The notes below the pieces were generated by a model. It did no database searches and was not told where the DNA came from. It saw only the letters and a list, made by a program, of their open reading frames with translations. A stretch of DNA of 47,804 nucleotides from Alphaproteobacteria bacterium MarineAlpha3_Bin6 (lineage in GTDB: Bacteria > Pseudomonadota > Alphaproteobacteria > Rhodospirillales > UBA2165), in the NCBI GenBank assembly GCA_002938035.1, contig PTLH01000003.1, positions 1 to 47,804 on the forward strand, written 5' to 3'. Positions 9,680-20,755 of this stretch are shown here, one piece after another (position 1 is the stretch's first letter; every line of letters starts with the position of its first letter). A program made the translations under genes and the position numbers.

Positions 9680-10193
9680 CGTAACCTCCCTCAGAAACTT
9701 AGATCAACTAAATATGTTTCTCTTAATTTGATGAACCAATTAAACCAAGAATGCAAATTTCAACCATAGGTTTGCAGTTCATCCCACTTTAATCAACGCC
9801 GATCTTACCGGTCAGCCAATAAAAAAGCCAATCAAAATGATAAGTACGGAAAATAACCTTAAATCTATCATATAAGTATAAACGATTTATCTCGCGTCTA
9901 AATACATATCTTGATATTAATGTATAATCTGAATTTGTAATCCAATGTATTTTATCACTTGAACCGATGCGGTGGCGCTAAATTTCAGCCAATAATCTTC
10001 CCTAATCTCCCAAGCTTTAAACCATCAAACAAATTGGTCGACAATTAATATTTTTATGTAGAGAAGGTAGCAAATATCCGCTTGGGTTAATTTCTTTTTC
10101 CAAATTAAGGCAAATCTTTAGATTGGGTCGAATAGAAATGTTGTAAACGAGATGCGACGGCAATCAACTTAAGATTGCTAAAAGCTTCAAAGA

Positions 10194-10970
10194 TCAATTG
10201 GTTTCCAATTCGCACCAAACTGGCGTGTGATCAGAAGGGCGCTCCCATCCTCGTGGCGACTTATCGATGCCTACGTCATTTAGTCGGTCTGCAGCGTGAG
10301 GTGATAATAATAAATGATCAATACGGATGCCGTTATCTTTATTCCACGCTCCACCTTGGTAATCCCAATAAGAATAGTGTCCCTCTTCCTGATTTTTAGC
10401 CCGAAAAGAATCAGTAAGTCCTAGGTAAATAATCTTTCTCCACTCTGCATGGGTTTCAGGCCGGTATAGGGCATCACCTTCCCAATTGCCGGGTGCATAA
10501 CAGTCTCGTTCCTCAGGAATAACATTGTAGTCGCCACCCAAAACAAACGCTTCTTCATGAGAGAGTAGAGTTTTAACGTGGTTGTGTAATCTCTCCATGA
10601 AGGAAATCTTATAAGGAAATTTATCTGTTTCGACCGGATTGCCATTTGGGACATAAATTGAGGCAACCCTGACGTTAAACGTAAATCCTTCAATGTATCG
10701 CGCCTGCAGGTCTTCTCTATCACCTGGTAGTTCCGTTAAATCAATTTCTATGGGTGATTTAGAGAGGATGGCTACACCGTTATAGGTTTTCTGGCCTTTG
10801 ACAGCTATGTTGTAGCCCTTGTCTTCAATTTCTTCACGTGGAAACGCCTCTTCGATGCATTTGAGTTCTTGAAGCAATAAAACGTCGGGGGAAAATTCTT
10901 CCAGCCAACGAAGGAGAAGAGGCAACCGAGCCTTTACAGAGTTAACGTTCCAGGTTGCGATTTTGATCAT
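10194..10970 (-). CDS. xth: Exodeoxyribonuclease III
   Basis: IATWNVNS, LQELK, YNGVAILS, YVPNG, GDYN, GIRIDHLL, PSDHTPV; start set at ATG 10970. Confidence 0.96.
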   Translation of the reverse strand: MIKIATWNVNSVKARLPLLLRWLEEFSPDVLLLQELKCIEEAFPREEIEDKGYNIAVKGQKTYNGVAILSKSPIEIDLTELPGDREDLQARYIEGFTFNVRVASIYVPNGNPVETDKFPYKISFMERLHNHVKTLLSHEEAFVLGGDYNVIPEERDCYAPGNWEGDALYRPETHAEWRKIIYLGLTDSFRAKNQEEGHYSYWDYQGGAWNKDNGIRIDHLLLSPHAADRLNDVGIDKSPRGWERPSDHTPVWCELETN

Positions 10971-10981
10971 TAAAAGACAAG

Positions 10982-11320
10982 TTAAACGGAGAAGGAAATG
11001 CCACACCCACAGGAAGCTGTTGCGTTGGGTATATTTAGGCGGAAAGAAGCACCCGCAAGGTCATCTGCGTAATCCAGCTCTGAGCCTCCCAGTAACTCTA
11101 GAGACATTTCATCTATGATCACCTTTATGCCACCAGTTTCAAAGATCTTATCATCACTATTTTGGGTCTTATCTAGATCGAAGCTATATTCAAACCCAGA
11201 GCAGCCTCCGGCAGAAACCATTACTCTCAGCATAAGGCTTTCTATACCTTCGCTCGCTACTAATTCTCCAACACGTTTTGCAGCACTTTTGGTAATTGAA
11301 ATTTGCTGTGATGTGCTCAT
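10982..11320 (-). CDS. erpA: Iron-sulfur cluster insertion protein ErpA (HesB/IscA family)
   Basis: GGCSGFEY and PNATASCGCGISF motifs; typical position next to xth and dgt. Confidence 0.9.
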   Translation of the reverse strand: MSTSQQISITKSAAKRVGELVASEGIESLMLRVMVSAGGCSGFEYSFDLDKTQNSDDKIFETGGIKVIIDEMSLELLGGSELDYADDLAGASFRLNIPNATASCGCGISFSV

Positions 11321-11420
11321 AATAAACTGCTACTATCTCCAAGGTTTACCAGATGATAACATTTTATAACCTTCTATGTAATCACTAATAAAAAGCTGTC
11401 AAACAACAAATAAAATTGTC

Positions 11421-12584
11421 ATGGATATTATTGAATTTGCTCCCTACGCAAGTTTTCCTCACTTAAGTCGTGGTCGCCTGCATCGAGAAGAGGAAAGCCC
11501 TACGCGGACCACTTTTCAGCGAGATCGCGACCGAATTATACACTCCACTGGATTCCGAAGACTTGAGTATAAAACACAGGTATTTGTAAATCATGAAGGT
11601 GACCACTATCGAACTCGTTTAACACATAGTTTGGAAGTTGCCCAAATCGCCCGTTCCATTGCCAGATCTTTGCAGCTAAATGAGGATTTATCGGAGGCTT
11701 TGGCTCTAGCCCATGATCTTGGGCATACTCCCTTTGGTCATGCCGGCGAACATGCTCTTTCGAAAATGATGGAAAATTTTGGAGGCTTTGATCATAATGC
11801 ACAGTCACTCGCTGTCGTCACCAGGCTTGAACGATGCTATCCTGGCTTTGAAGGTCTTAATTTGACATGGGAGACGTTGGAGGGATTAGTCAAACACAAT
11901 GGGCCATTAGTCATGGATGGGGAACGGGGGTTTTTGCCGTACCACATTAAAGACTTTGTACGTAACTACGATTTGGAATTACATACTTTCGCGAGTGCCG
12001 AGGCTCAGGTTGCAGCGTTAGCGGATGACATCGCGTATAATAATCATGATATCGATGACGGCCTGCGGGCCGAATTGTTTGAAATTAAGGATATGAGTGA
12101 ATTGCCATTGGTGGGCAGGATTTTTTCATCGGTGGAAGAGGAATATCCCAACATCGACACGTCTTTAATTATCCACGAAGCGGTAAGGAGGTTAATCGGC
12201 GATATGGTTTCTGACTGCTTAGCAGAGACGGAAAATCGCCTAAAGCAATCTGCACCTAAAACTGTGACCGATATACGCAACCTCAATTGCCCTGTGGTCG
12301 GATTTTCTGATGATATGATCGATATAGATCGAAGTCTAAAAGAGTTCTTATTTGAGAACATGTACCGGCATGAAAAAGTCAATACAATGACCCAAGAAGC
12401 TTCCAAAATAGTCTGTAGATTATTTGAAGAATTTATCAATGATCCAACGAAATTACCCAAGGAATGGCAGGCTAAGTCTGATATTAAGGGTGGTGAGATA
12501 ACAGCTCGTGCAGTGGCTGACTATATTGCGGGAATGACGGACCGGTTTGCTTATGTTGAACACGCCAAGCTAATTAAAACCTAG
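11421..12584 (+). CDS. dgt: Deoxyguanosinetriphosphate triphosphohydrolase (HD domain)
   Basis: [50 protein letters not shown]. Confidence 0.96.
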   Translation: MDIIEFAPYASFPHLSRGRLHREEESPTRTTFQRDRDRIIHSTGFRRLEYKTQVFVNHEGDHYRTRLTHSLEVAQIARSIARSLQLNEDLSEALALAHDLGHTPFGHAGEHALSKMMENFGGFDHNAQSLAVVTRLERCYPGFEGLNLTWETLEGLVKHNGPLVMDGERGFLPYHIKDFVRNYDLELHTFASAEAQVAALADDIAYNNHDIDDGLRAELFEIKDMSELPLVGRIFSSVEEEYPNIDTSLIIHEAVRRLIGDMVSDCLAETENRLKQSAPKTVTDIRNLNCPVVGFSDDMIDIDRSLKEFLFENMYRHEKVNTMTQEASKIVCRLFEEFINDPTKLPKEWQAKSDIKGGEITARAVADYIAGMTDRFAYVEHAKLIKT

Positions 12585-12595
12585 AAAATTACGAC

Positions 12596-14353
12596 GTGAA
12601 CTATTTTTCATACCTGCGACAAAAAATCCTAGAAATATTGCTTAAATTGGAAAAGGATGAAGTAATACCAAAGGGGCTGGATCACTCACATATTACGGTA
12701 GAATCTCCACGTGATCCTAAGCACGGAGATTTATCCACGAATGCAGCCATGGTTTTGGCTAAGCTTGCAAAATTGAAGCCGAGTGATTTGGCGGGTCTTA
12801 TAATTGAACATTTAACACTACTACCGGAAGTTAATGATGCAGATGCAGCCGGCCCGGGTTTTATAAATATTCGCCTTTCTTCAAACTTTTGGTGGGATAG
12901 GCTTCGAGAAATAGTTGCAGAAGGAACTAACTATGGAAATTCAGACATTGGTAGAGGCATTCCTGTTAACATAGAGTACGTTTCTGCTAATCCCACCGGA
13001 CCACTTCATGTGGGACACGCCAGAGGGGCTGTCATAGGGGATGCCTTGGCCTCAATATTATCTAAGGCTGGATATAATGTAACCAAAGAATACTATATTA
13101 ATGACGCCGGCACGCAGGTAGATGTCTTGGCGCGTTCTCTTTATCTGCGATATCAAGAATGTCACGGCGCTAAAATCGAACAGATGCCTGACGGGCTTTA
13201 TCCTGGATCGTATTTGATCGATATAGCTAAATTGCTAAAAGAAAAGGACGGCGACAAATGGATGAGTGCAAGCGAAAAAGAGTGGTTAGCGCCGTTCCGA
13301 AAATTTGCCATCGATGCTATGATGGACTTGATCCGGGAAGACTTGGACTTACTCGGGGTGCGGCATGACCATTTCAGTTCAGAGACAATAATGGTTGAAA
13401 AGGGAAGAGTTAATGAAGTCGTCAAATATCTTGAAGGGCAGGGATTGACATATACTGGCATCCTTGAAGCTCCGAAGGGGAAAAAACTGGATGACTGGGA
13501 AGAGAGACCACAAACATTATTTCGATCTACGCAATTTGGCGACGATATAGACCGACCAGTCAAAAAGTCTGATGGCAATTGGACCTATTTTGCTTCTGAT
13601 ATGGCCTACCATTTAGATAAATTTAAACGCGGCTTCTCTGAGATGATCGATATAATGGGTGCAGATCACGGCGGTTATATCAAACGTATGGATGCTGCTG
13701 TTAGCGCGCTTACACAAGGTCAGGGATCTTTGGATGTTAAGCTATGTCATATGGTCAATCTCATGGAAAATGGTAAGTCTATCAAAATGTCAAAACGTTC
13801 AGGTGCATTTACTAAGCTTCGGGACGTATTAGATTTAGTTGGTAAAGACGTTGTTCGTTTTATTATGCTAACTCGAAAAAATGATGCCCCCCTCGATTTT
13901 GACCTAAGAAAAGTTATGGAAAAAAGTCGAGATAACCCAGTATACTATGTTCAGTATTCCCACGCACGTTGTCATTCGGTTCTTCAGCATGCAAAAGAAG
14001 TTTTTGATAAATTAGAATTGACGCCGGATGCTATCGAGAAAGCGCCCTTGGAGCTTTTAAGTGATTCGGCAGAGTTATTGTTGATAAAGCAAATGGCGGC
14101 TTGGCCAAGGACTTTGGAAAGTGCCGCTGAAGCTCGTGAGCCCCATAGAATTGCTTACTATTTAATTGAATTATCTGGGACCTTTCATGCACTGTGGACC
14201 AAAGGTGCTAAGGAGGATACAAGTCTCAGGTTCGTATCCCATAATAATAAACAGCTAACTCTAGCCCGTTTAGTGCTTGTTGGGGCACTGGCCTCGGTAA
14301 TCGCCTCAGGATTGCAGGTAATTGGAGTGGAACCAGTCAAAGAAATGAAATGA
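12596..14353 (+). CDS. argS: Arginine--tRNA ligase
   Basis: [15 protein letters not shown] (HIGH motif), [22 protein letters not shown]. Confidence 0.98.
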   Translation: MNYFSYLRQKILEILLKLEKDEVIPKGLDHSHITVESPRDPKHGDLSTNAAMVLAKLAKLKPSDLAGLIIEHLTLLPEVNDADAAGPGFINIRLSSNFWWDRLREIVAEGTNYGNSDIGRGIPVNIEYVSANPTGPLHVGHARGAVIGDALASILSKAGYNVTKEYYINDAGTQVDVLARSLYLRYQECHGAKIEQMPDGLYPGSYLIDIAKLLKEKDGDKWMSASEKEWLAPFRKFAIDAMMDLIREDLDLLGVRHDHFSSETIMVEKGRVNEVVKYLEGQGLTYTGILEAPKGKKLDDWEERPQTLFRSTQFGDDIDRPVKKSDGNWTYFASDMAYHLDKFKRGFSEMIDIMGADHGGYIKRMDAAVSALTQGQGSLDVKLCHMVNLMENGKSIKMSKRSGAFTKLRDVLDLVGKDVVRFIMLTRKNDAPLDFDLRKVMEKSRDNPVYYVQYSHARCHSVLQHAKEVFDKLELTPDAIEKAPLELLSDSAELLLIKQMAAWPRTLESAAEAREPHRIAYYLIELSGTFHALWTKGAKEDTSLRFVSHNNKQLTLARLVLVGALASVIASGLQVIGVEPVKEMK

Positions 14354-15342
14354 TAGCACCCGCTGATAGAACATTGGATACCCCTGACGATGTAGAATCG
14401 GACGAAGTACCACTCGACGATATCCCTGAGTTGGATCATGGCGAAATAAGGTCGGATAATATTGAGTTTGAGAGAGTGGCGCAACGTTTACCAAAACGTC
14501 GTAAGGGTTTTCGCTTCATTTTATTAATTATCATTATCATTGTAGCCGCTGGGGGAACCTGGATGATATGGGGAAAATATTGGCTAAAACCTGATCCTAA
14601 CCAAATCCCTCTAGTAAGCGCCCCTAATGGTGCCTTCAAAATCAAGCCAATCATACCCGGAGGGATGCCAATTCCTAATCGGGATATAACAATTTATGAT
14701 GATGCATTCAGCAATGATCCAACGCGGCCGGAAGGGGAAAACGTTCAGGAAGGACCAGAACAACCACTGCCTGTGCCTGGGAATAGTTTATCGACTTTGA
14801 AAAGTCCTGACACCAATGTAATTCCGCCTTCATCTAAAACAGTTGAAACTCTATTGCCCAAGACCGTTAACCCTAAATTGGGCGTCAAGGGTAAGGCGGG
14901 GATACTTCAGTCATCTGTCGAACCCAAAACATCGTCTTCTGCAACACAGACCCCCATAAAAAATGGCAGTAAAGAAATTACGCCAGACAAGGAGAGTAGG
15001 GCTGGATTACCCGATGCCGCCACTCCGTTGCCAAGTAAGCCCGTGAGGAACTTAGAAGCTGTTCCTTCTTCGGTTAGAATTTCGACGAGATCATTTCAGA
15101 TTCAACTAGCTGCGGTTCGTAAAGAAACGGCCGCGCAAAATGAATGGCGTCGTCTTAAAGCACGCCACCGCACCCTCCTGAATAATTTAGAGTTAAACGT
15201 TGTAATGGCCGATCTCGGGGCTAAAGGTATTTATTTCCGATTAAGAGCTGGTCCTCTAAAAGATGCGGAATCGGCAAAAAAACTTTGTAGGGAGTTGTCT
15301 AAAGTCAAGGTTCGTTGTCTAGTAATACGGCCGGAAAAATAA
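14350..15342 (+). CDS. SPOR domain membrane protein (FtsN-like cell division protein)
   Basis: Single TM, Pro-rich linker, C-terminal SPOR domain (FQIQLAAV...[11 protein letters not shown]...C); sits between argS and nagZ. Confidence 0.85.
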   Translation: MIAPADRTLDTPDDVESDEVPLDDIPELDHGEIRSDNIEFERVAQRLPKRRKGFRFILLIIIIIVAAGGTWMIWGKYWLKPDPNQIPLVSAPNGAFKIKPIIPGGMPIPNRDITIYDDAFSNDPTRPEGENVQEGPEQPLPVPGNSLSTLKSPDTNVIPPSSKTVETLLPKTVNPKLGVKGKAGILQSSVEPKTSSSATQTPIKNGSKEITPDKESRAGLPDAATPLPSKPVRNLEAVPSSVRISTRSFQIQLAAVRKETAAQNEWRRLKARHRTLLNNLELNVVMADLGAKGIYFRLRAGPLKDAESAKKLCRELSKVKVRCLVIRPEK

Positions 15343-15344
15343 CA

Positions 15345-16367
15345 GTGGGTCGCGAAATTCCGCTGGCCGTTATACTCGGCTGTGCTGGTAGTAAACTTTC
15401 AAAAAATGAGCAAGCCCTATTTAAGGAAACCAATCCATTTGGATTGATCCTTTTTGAGAGAAATTGTGTTAACCCGGATCAGGTAAAAGCTTTAACCAAT
15501 GAGTTCCGGCATGTGATTGGCCAAGAGGGTGCACCTGTTTTTATTGATCAAGAGGGGGGGCGAGTGACCCGTCTTAAGCCGCCTCACTGGCGACATCCTC
15601 CGCCAGCCCAAAGTTTCGTAGATTTAGCTAATTTAAAAGGCGAGGAAATTGCAAGTAAAGCTATACAATTAAATTTTCGTCTTATTGCTGAAGATCTCCA
15701 TGCGTTAGGGATTAATGTCGATTGTACTCCAGTTTTGGACATTCCTATAGGTTGTGCTGACCCGATTATCGGAGACCGGGCGCTAGGCAACGACCTTGAA
15801 CTCATCAAAAAATTAGCTACCGCAGTTTGCGATGGGCTTCTCTCAGGTCGAGTATTACCGGTAATCAAACATATACCCGGACACGGACGGGCACTAGTTG
15901 ATAGTCATATAGACCTCCCCACGGTCGATGCAACAATTGAGGAGTTGATGGAGACGGATTTTGAAGCGTTTCGAAGTTTCAACGAGATGCCATTAGCAAT
16001 GACGGCCCATATAATTTTTTCAGAACTTGATGAAAATAATCCGGTAACTAACTCACGCAGGGTTATCGAAAAAGTAGTCCGAGGGTATATAGGATACGAT
16101 GGATTACTGATATCGGATGATCTCTCGATGCAGGCTTTATCAGGAGGTATAAAGGAAAGAACCTGGGAGGCTCTCGATGCCGGGTGCGACTTGGTTCTTC
16201 ATTGTAACGGAAAGATGGATGAAATGATATCCGTTGTTGCTGGTGCAGAGAATATGACTGATAAGGCTTGTGAGCGTTGGTCACGCGCCACCCAGTTATT
16301 ACCCACTGCGGGAGATTTCAATGTGCAAGACACACTATCCCAACTTAATGATCTAATGGTTGGCTGA
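15345..16367 (+). CDS. nagZ: Beta-N-acetylhexosaminidase (GH3)
   Basis: IDQEGGRV, KHIPGHG, DSH, MTAH, SDDLSM; probable GTG start at 15345. Confidence 0.95.
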   Translation: MGREIPLAVILGCAGSKLSKNEQALFKETNPFGLILFERNCVNPDQVKALTNEFRHVIGQEGAPVFIDQEGGRVTRLKPPHWRHPPPAQSFVDLANLKGEEIASKAIQLNFRLIAEDLHALGINVDCTPVLDIPIGCADPIIGDRALGNDLELIKKLATAVCDGLLSGRVLPVIKHIPGHGRALVDSHIDLPTVDATIEELMETDFEAFRSFNEMPLAMTAHIIFSELDENNPVTNSRRVIEKVVRGYIGYDGLLISDDLSMQALSGGIKERTWEALDAGCDLVLHCNGKMDEMISVVAGAENMTDKACERWSRATQLLPTAGDFNVQDTLSQLNDLMVG

Positions 16368-17053
16368 TGGAGGAATACGGGTTCCTTTTCCGTATTTCAG
16401 CGTGGGTATTGCCTATATTAATAGCTATACCTTTGCATGAAGCGAGCCACGGCTGGGTCGCCTGGAAACTAGGTGACGATACAGCATACAAAATGGGACG
16501 AGTTACATTTAATCCTTTAAACCACATTGATCCTTTTGGAACTATAATTTTACCTGGTACGCTTTTAATTATTTCCGGAGGTACCGCAGCCTTTGGTTAT
16601 GCAAAACCAGTACCCATCAATTATTGGAATCTTAAACATTGGAGGCGAGATACGATTCTTGTCGCTGCAGCCGGACCAACATCGAATTTGATTCTAGCAA
16701 TTTTGTCGGCACTTTTATTCTACATCGTGCCGTTTGTCCCCCAACCTATTGGGCCTTGGTTAGGTGCTACAATATATTCATCAATGGTAATTAATTTAAT
16801 ATTATTTGTTTTCAATATGTTGCCGCTTCCCCCGTTAGATGGTGGTCGGGTTGCCGTTGCAATCTTGCCGTGGCAATTGGGGCAATTATTTGCCCGTTTG
16901 GAAAGAGCGGGTATTGTTATCATTCTAATTGCATTGTTCTTATTGCCCTGGATAGGTAGGCAGGTTGGTTTGGATGTTGATGTGTTCAATTTGTTGGTTT
17001 TGCAGCCCGCTCAATACTTGATGATTTTCATAACTTTAGCGGTGGGAATTTAA
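16367..17053 (+). CDS. Site-2 protease family (M50) membrane metalloprotease
   Basis: HEASH, AAAGP, FNMLPLPPLDGG. Confidence 0.93.
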   Translation: MEEYGFLFRISAWVLPILIAIPLHEASHGWVAWKLGDDTAYKMGRVTFNPLNHIDPFGTIILPGTLLIISGGTAAFGYAKPVPINYWNLKHWRRDTILVAAAGPTSNLILAILSALLFYIVPFVPQPIGPWLGATIYSSMVINLILFVFNMLPLPPLDGGRVAVAILPWQLGQLFARLERAGIVIILIALFLLPWIGRQVGLDVDVFNLLVLQPAQYLMIFITLAVGI

Positions 17054-17059
17054 AATAAA

Positions 17060-17902
17060 ATGGCCGAAGACATGGAAACAAAAATTAGTGAATTTGAAGA
17101 TGATAATGAGTTTGCCCCATCATCTGACCACCGGTTGGTTTTGGATGTGGATGGTTTTGCGGGGCCGATTGATGTGCTTTTAACTTTGGCTCGTGAACAG
17201 AAGGTCGATCTGACCCAAATTTCAATACTCGAGTTAGCAGATCAGTATTTGGTTTGGGTGGCGAAGTTACGCCAAGCTAATTTAGAGCTCGCGGCCGATT
17301 ACCTTGTAATGGCTGCTTGGCTGGCTTATCTAAAATCAATTTTATTACTACCTACTTCCACTGATGATGAAGAGCCAACAGGTGAAGAAATGGCGGCTGC
17401 CCTTCAGTTTCAGCTTTTGCGGCTTGAAAGTATGCAGGAAGCCGGTGAGAAACTTTTAGCCCGTGATCAGCTGGGTCAGGATTTCTTTCCACGGGGCAAT
17501 CCGGAGAAATTTGGCTATAACCTGAACGGCGCCTTTGAGGCCAGTATATATGATTTACTAAAGGCCTATGGCGAACATACCCATCGATCAAATGTTAGAA
17601 TTCTCCGCATCGAGTTGTCCGATCTTTATTCGACAGATGACGGATTAAAGTGGTTAACCAAAATGTTGGGTTCAATGCCTGATTGGACGAGCTTATTACA
17701 GTTTTTACCTGCTGAAATTAAAGGCGATTTAGTCAGCCGCTCTATGGTGGCATCTGCCCTATCGGCTGCGCTTCAACTTACCAAACAGGGTGAATTGAAA
17801 ATACGACAAACCGAGACCTTTGGGACTATTTATGTGCGCGCAGCTCAAAACGCTAGTGAGTTTGGAAGAGACAAATCTATTCATTCAGTGGAGATAAAAT
17901 AA
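17060..17902 (+). CDS. scpA: Segregation and condensation protein A
   Basis: GFAGPIDVLLTLAR, AADYLVMAAWLAYLKS. Confidence 0.95.
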   Translation: MAEDMETKISEFEDDNEFAPSSDHRLVLDVDGFAGPIDVLLTLAREQKVDLTQISILELADQYLVWVAKLRQANLELAADYLVMAAWLAYLKSILLLPTSTDDEEPTGEEMAAALQFQLLRLESMQEAGEKLLARDQLGQDFFPRGNPEKFGYNLNGAFEASIYDLLKAYGEHTHRSNVRILRIELSDLYSTDDGLKWLTKMLGSMPDWTSLLQFLPAEIKGDLVSRSMVASALSAALQLTKQGELKIRQTETFGTIYVRAAQNASEFGRDKSIHSVEIK

Positions 17903-17907
17903 AAATA

Positions 17908-18609
17908 ATGAGTGAATTATTCCAATATCATTTGAGGTTATTAGAAGCGTTATTATTCGCTTCTGAAAACCCCATCCCAGAAAAAGTAATTGCCGACCGT
18001 CTTCCTGAAGGGGTCGATATTCAAACGTTATTGAGGAAGTTAACCGCAATGTATAAAAACCGCGGTGTGAACCTTGTTAAAGCTGGGAAAAATTGGGCTT
18101 TCCGAACCGCTCCTGACGTTAGAGCACAGCTTGTTGTCGAAAAGGAAATGACCCGCAAGTTGTCCCGTGCTGCTGTGGAAACCCTTGCCATCGTTGCTTA
18201 CCATCAGCCAATTACCCGTGCGGAGATTGAAGAGATTCGAGGGGTGAGCGTTAGTAGAGGTACTTTGGATGTTCTTCTTGAAGCTTCCTGGATCAGGCCT
18301 CGAGGTCGTCGTCGGACGCCAGGAAGGCCAGTAACTTGGGGAACCACTGAGAGCTTTTTAGATCACTTTGGCCTTGAGGGTCTTGATGACTTGCCGGGTC
18401 TTGATGACTTAAAAGCTTCGGGCCTAATAGACAAACGCCCCGCTATCCAAACTTTAACAACGAGAGGTAACGTGGCGCTGATGAAAGATCCTGACATGTT
18501 AGAAGAAGTAACAAATACGGGAAGCGTCGTCTGGGAGCCTCTTGATCCCGACCAGGATGACGTCCTAACATCAGAAGAGGTGGATCGAAGGTCTAATACT
18601 GCGTCTTAA
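17908..18609 (+). CDS. scpB: SMC-Scp complex subunit ScpB
   Basis: LEALLFAS, LSRAAVETLAIVAYHQPITRAEIEEIRGV, PGRPVTWGTT. Confidence 0.96.
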   Translation: MSELFQYHLRLLEALLFASENPIPEKVIADRLPEGVDIQTLLRKLTAMYKNRGVNLVKAGKNWAFRTAPDVRAQLVVEKEMTRKLSRAAVETLAIVAYHQPITRAEIEEIRGVSVSRGTLDVLLEASWIRPRGRRRTPGRPVTWGTTESFLDHFGLEGLDDLPGLDDLKASGLIDKRPAIQTLTTRGNVALMKDPDMLEEVTNTGSVVWEPLDPDQDDVLTSEEVDRRSNTAS

Positions 18610-18622
18610 GGGAAGTACTGAT

Positions 18623-19765
18623 TTGCGCTACGAGATCTTTGTTACTGTCTGGGGGAAGCGTTTTGTCAGGAAATTTGTAGAGTTTGCACTCGCCAGCCAA
18701 TTAGCACCTGGAAATATTCCAGCACTTAGTGCAGCTGCAGATGTTACTTATAGAATCTACACAGACCGGGCATCTGAAAATTACTTCCAGCCGGAAATAA
18801 CTAAGCTTAAAAAATTGGCAATCGTCGAGTTTGTATTTTACGAAGACCTGGCTTACCGAAGTGTTACTCTCTTGGATGCTATTAACAATTCTGATCCGAC
18901 TATCATCAAACATAATGTCCAACGTGAGACCGCTCGGCATCATATGAACCTGGCGAAAGAGTCAAGCGAAACCGCAATTATGTTATTGGATTCGGATTTT
19001 ATTTTTTCGGATGGTTCATTCGCACATATTCATGAACAGCGCGTTAATGGCAAAAAAGCTTATGCAGGGATGTTTGTTCGGTTAATTGAGGAAAAAGCTA
19101 TACCAATTCTCAGGTCACTCCTACCTAAACCCCTATCGGCCCGGGAGTTAGTTCAAATTGGGATGGATAATATGCACCCCCTTCCTCGTTCGATGTTTAT
19201 CGACGCCAAAAAACCTTCAATGTACCCTACCCAGATAAATTGGAATGTTAATGATAATGGTTTTGTCGCCAATTGTTTTTTTCCTCACCCTCTCATGTTT
19301 GAGCAGCGGCCAGAAATTATAAACTATTTTAGCACTATGGATTATGAGGTGCTTCTAAGGGCGGTAACCGTGAATGACGACCTTTATTATTGCCAATCCT
19401 CGGAAGACCTTATGTTTTGTAAAATAAGCCCAGAAAGTTATTTTGGAAGCATGGAGGTGGGATCGCTGCCTTCAATTGACGTTATGGCGCGATTTGTAAT
19501 TTTTAATACGAACATTCGCCATCGTTTGTTCATGGGCAACCCTGTGCGATATTTGGCTAGAGAGGACGAGAAGGCTTTCAGAGCAGTCGAAAGAGAGGCT
19601 AGAAGTTACACCGAAGCAATTTATAAAAATGCTGAGCTTCTTCTCGCTGAATTTTCTCCACTTGACCCTAAAATGACGTTATATGCGAAATCTTTTTTGG
19701 GGCCGATCGAAAATTTCATATCCCCACAAATACATTCACGCATGAAAGATATTCTACCAAAATAA
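18623..19765 (+). CDS. Hypothetical protein, probable GT-A-fold (glycosyltransferase-like)
   Basis: 380 aa, soluble; IFVTVWG...LASQL...YRIYTD pattern and IMLLDSDFIF (hydrophobic strand + DxD); starts 13 bp after scpB. Confidence 0.6.
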   Translation: MRYEIFVTVWGKRFVRKFVEFALASQLAPGNIPALSAAADVTYRIYTDRASENYFQPEITKLKKLAIVEFVFYEDLAYRSVTLLDAINNSDPTIIKHNVQRETARHHMNLAKESSETAIMLLDSDFIFSDGSFAHIHEQRVNGKKAYAGMFVRLIEEKAIPILRSLLPKPLSARELVQIGMDNMHPLPRSMFIDAKKPSMYPTQINWNVNDNGFVANCFFPHPLMFEQRPEIINYFSTMDYEVLLRAVTVNDDLYYCQSSEDLMFCKISPESYFGSMEVGSLPSIDVMARFVIFNTNIRHRLFMGNPVRYLAREDEKAFRAVEREARSYTEAIYKNAELLLAEFSPLDPKMTLYAKSFLGPIENFISPQIHSRMKDILPK

Positions 19766-19937
19766 ATAAACTTAAAAAAGTTGTATATAATATAATTCAT
19801 TTACTTGTAGATTATCCAAAGTTTTGTATGAGTATTATAATTGTTTAAGTAATTTTAATTTTTTATATTAAGATTATAAGTATAATTCAAATTAATAGGA
19901 CACCTTTAACCTTCAATTGAAAAGGTCTCCGTTTACG

Positions 19938-19966
19938 TTGCCCTTGGTTGCCGATTCTGCCATTAT
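19938..19966 (+). promoter_or_regulatory. Putative sigma70 promoter for tatABC
   Basis: TTGCCC-N17-CATTAT upstream of tatA. Confidence 0.4.
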
Positions 19967-20008
19967 TCAGGCTGATCTTTTTAAATACAGCCATGGAAGA
20001 ATTAAGCT

Positions 20009-20230
20009 ATGGGAATTGGTGGAATTTGGCAGTGGGTAGTTGTCCTCGCAATTGTCCTAGTCTTATTTGGTGGGCGCGGAAAAATTTCCCAGTTAATGGG
20101 TGATTTTGGTAAGGGGCTGAGATCCTTTAAAAAAGGAGTCAAAGAAGACGAACCCGAGCCTGTAGAGGCTAAGGATGTTCCCTCATCAGCGACGGCTTCA
20201 ACGGTGGAAGCTCAGTCTGAAAAAGACTGA
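20009..20230 (+). CDS. tatA: Sec-independent translocase TatA
   Basis: [37 protein letters not shown]. Confidence 0.96.
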   Translation: MGIGGIWQWVVVLAIVLVLFGGRGKISQLMGDFGKGLRSFKKGVKEDEPEPVEAKDVPSSATASTVEAQSEKD

Positions 20231-20305
20231 TGAATGGGCATCAGTTAAAAGGCCTGGTGTTCATCCGCGGTATTCATTATTCATTTTTAATTAGCCCGGG
20301 TCGCA

Positions 20306-20755
20306 ATGTTTGATATTGGCTGGCCAGAATTATTCCTTATTGCGGTCGTCGTCCTGTTGGTCGTCGGACCAAAAGAGTTGCCCAAAGTCCTTCGTAACGT
20401 GGGAATTTGGATTAATAAGGCAAAGGTAGTGACTAGAGAGTTCCGAACTCATGTCGATGATATGATCCGTGAAAGTGAATTGGAGGAGGTACGTGAAGAG
20501 ATTAATACGGCGGGCCAGATGAATTTAGAGGCGGTAACTGAAAATACGATTGGTCTCCAGGATGAAATCCAAGATGCTGTGGAGTATGATGACGATGGTG
20601 ATTACTCCGTTGAGACATTTGAAGATGACTTGCATCCTCCAAAGGATGTGAGTGGTTCTGATGAGCATCATACTCCTATAGAAAAAGACGAAGATGATAA
20701 TACTGAATCAAAAAAAAAGAATGATTTGAGCACTGATAAGAGTGCAGCTAATTGA
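20306..20755 (+). CDS. tatB: Sec-independent translocase TatB
   Basis: MFDIGWPEL...VVGPKELP. Confidence 0.96.
   Translation: MFDIGWPELFLIAVVVLLVVGPKELPKVLRNVGIWINKAKVVTREFRTHVDDMIRESELEEVREEINTAGQMNLEAVTENTIGLQDEIQDAVEYDDDGDYSVETFEDDLHPPKDVSGSDEHHTPIEKDEDDNTESKKKNDLSTDKSAAN

Noticed and set aside
11421-12584. dGTPase as an anti-phage defence gene
   Set aside because: It lies in the conserved housekeeping erpA-dgt-argS context, not a defence island
18378-18410. Direct repeat GGGTCTTGATGACTT x2 in scpB
   Set aside because: It encodes the ordinary GLDDLPGLDDL peptide; only two copies, not a CRISPR or mobile repeat
19766-19900. Replication origin (very AT-rich stretch with TTATCCAAA; also TTATCCACG at 42318)
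   Set aside because: Single mismatched DnaA-like boxes, no cluster, no origin-associated genes
20710-20718. A9 homopolymer in tatB as a phase-variation site
   Set aside because: It encodes a Lys run in the disordered tail of an intact housekeeping gene
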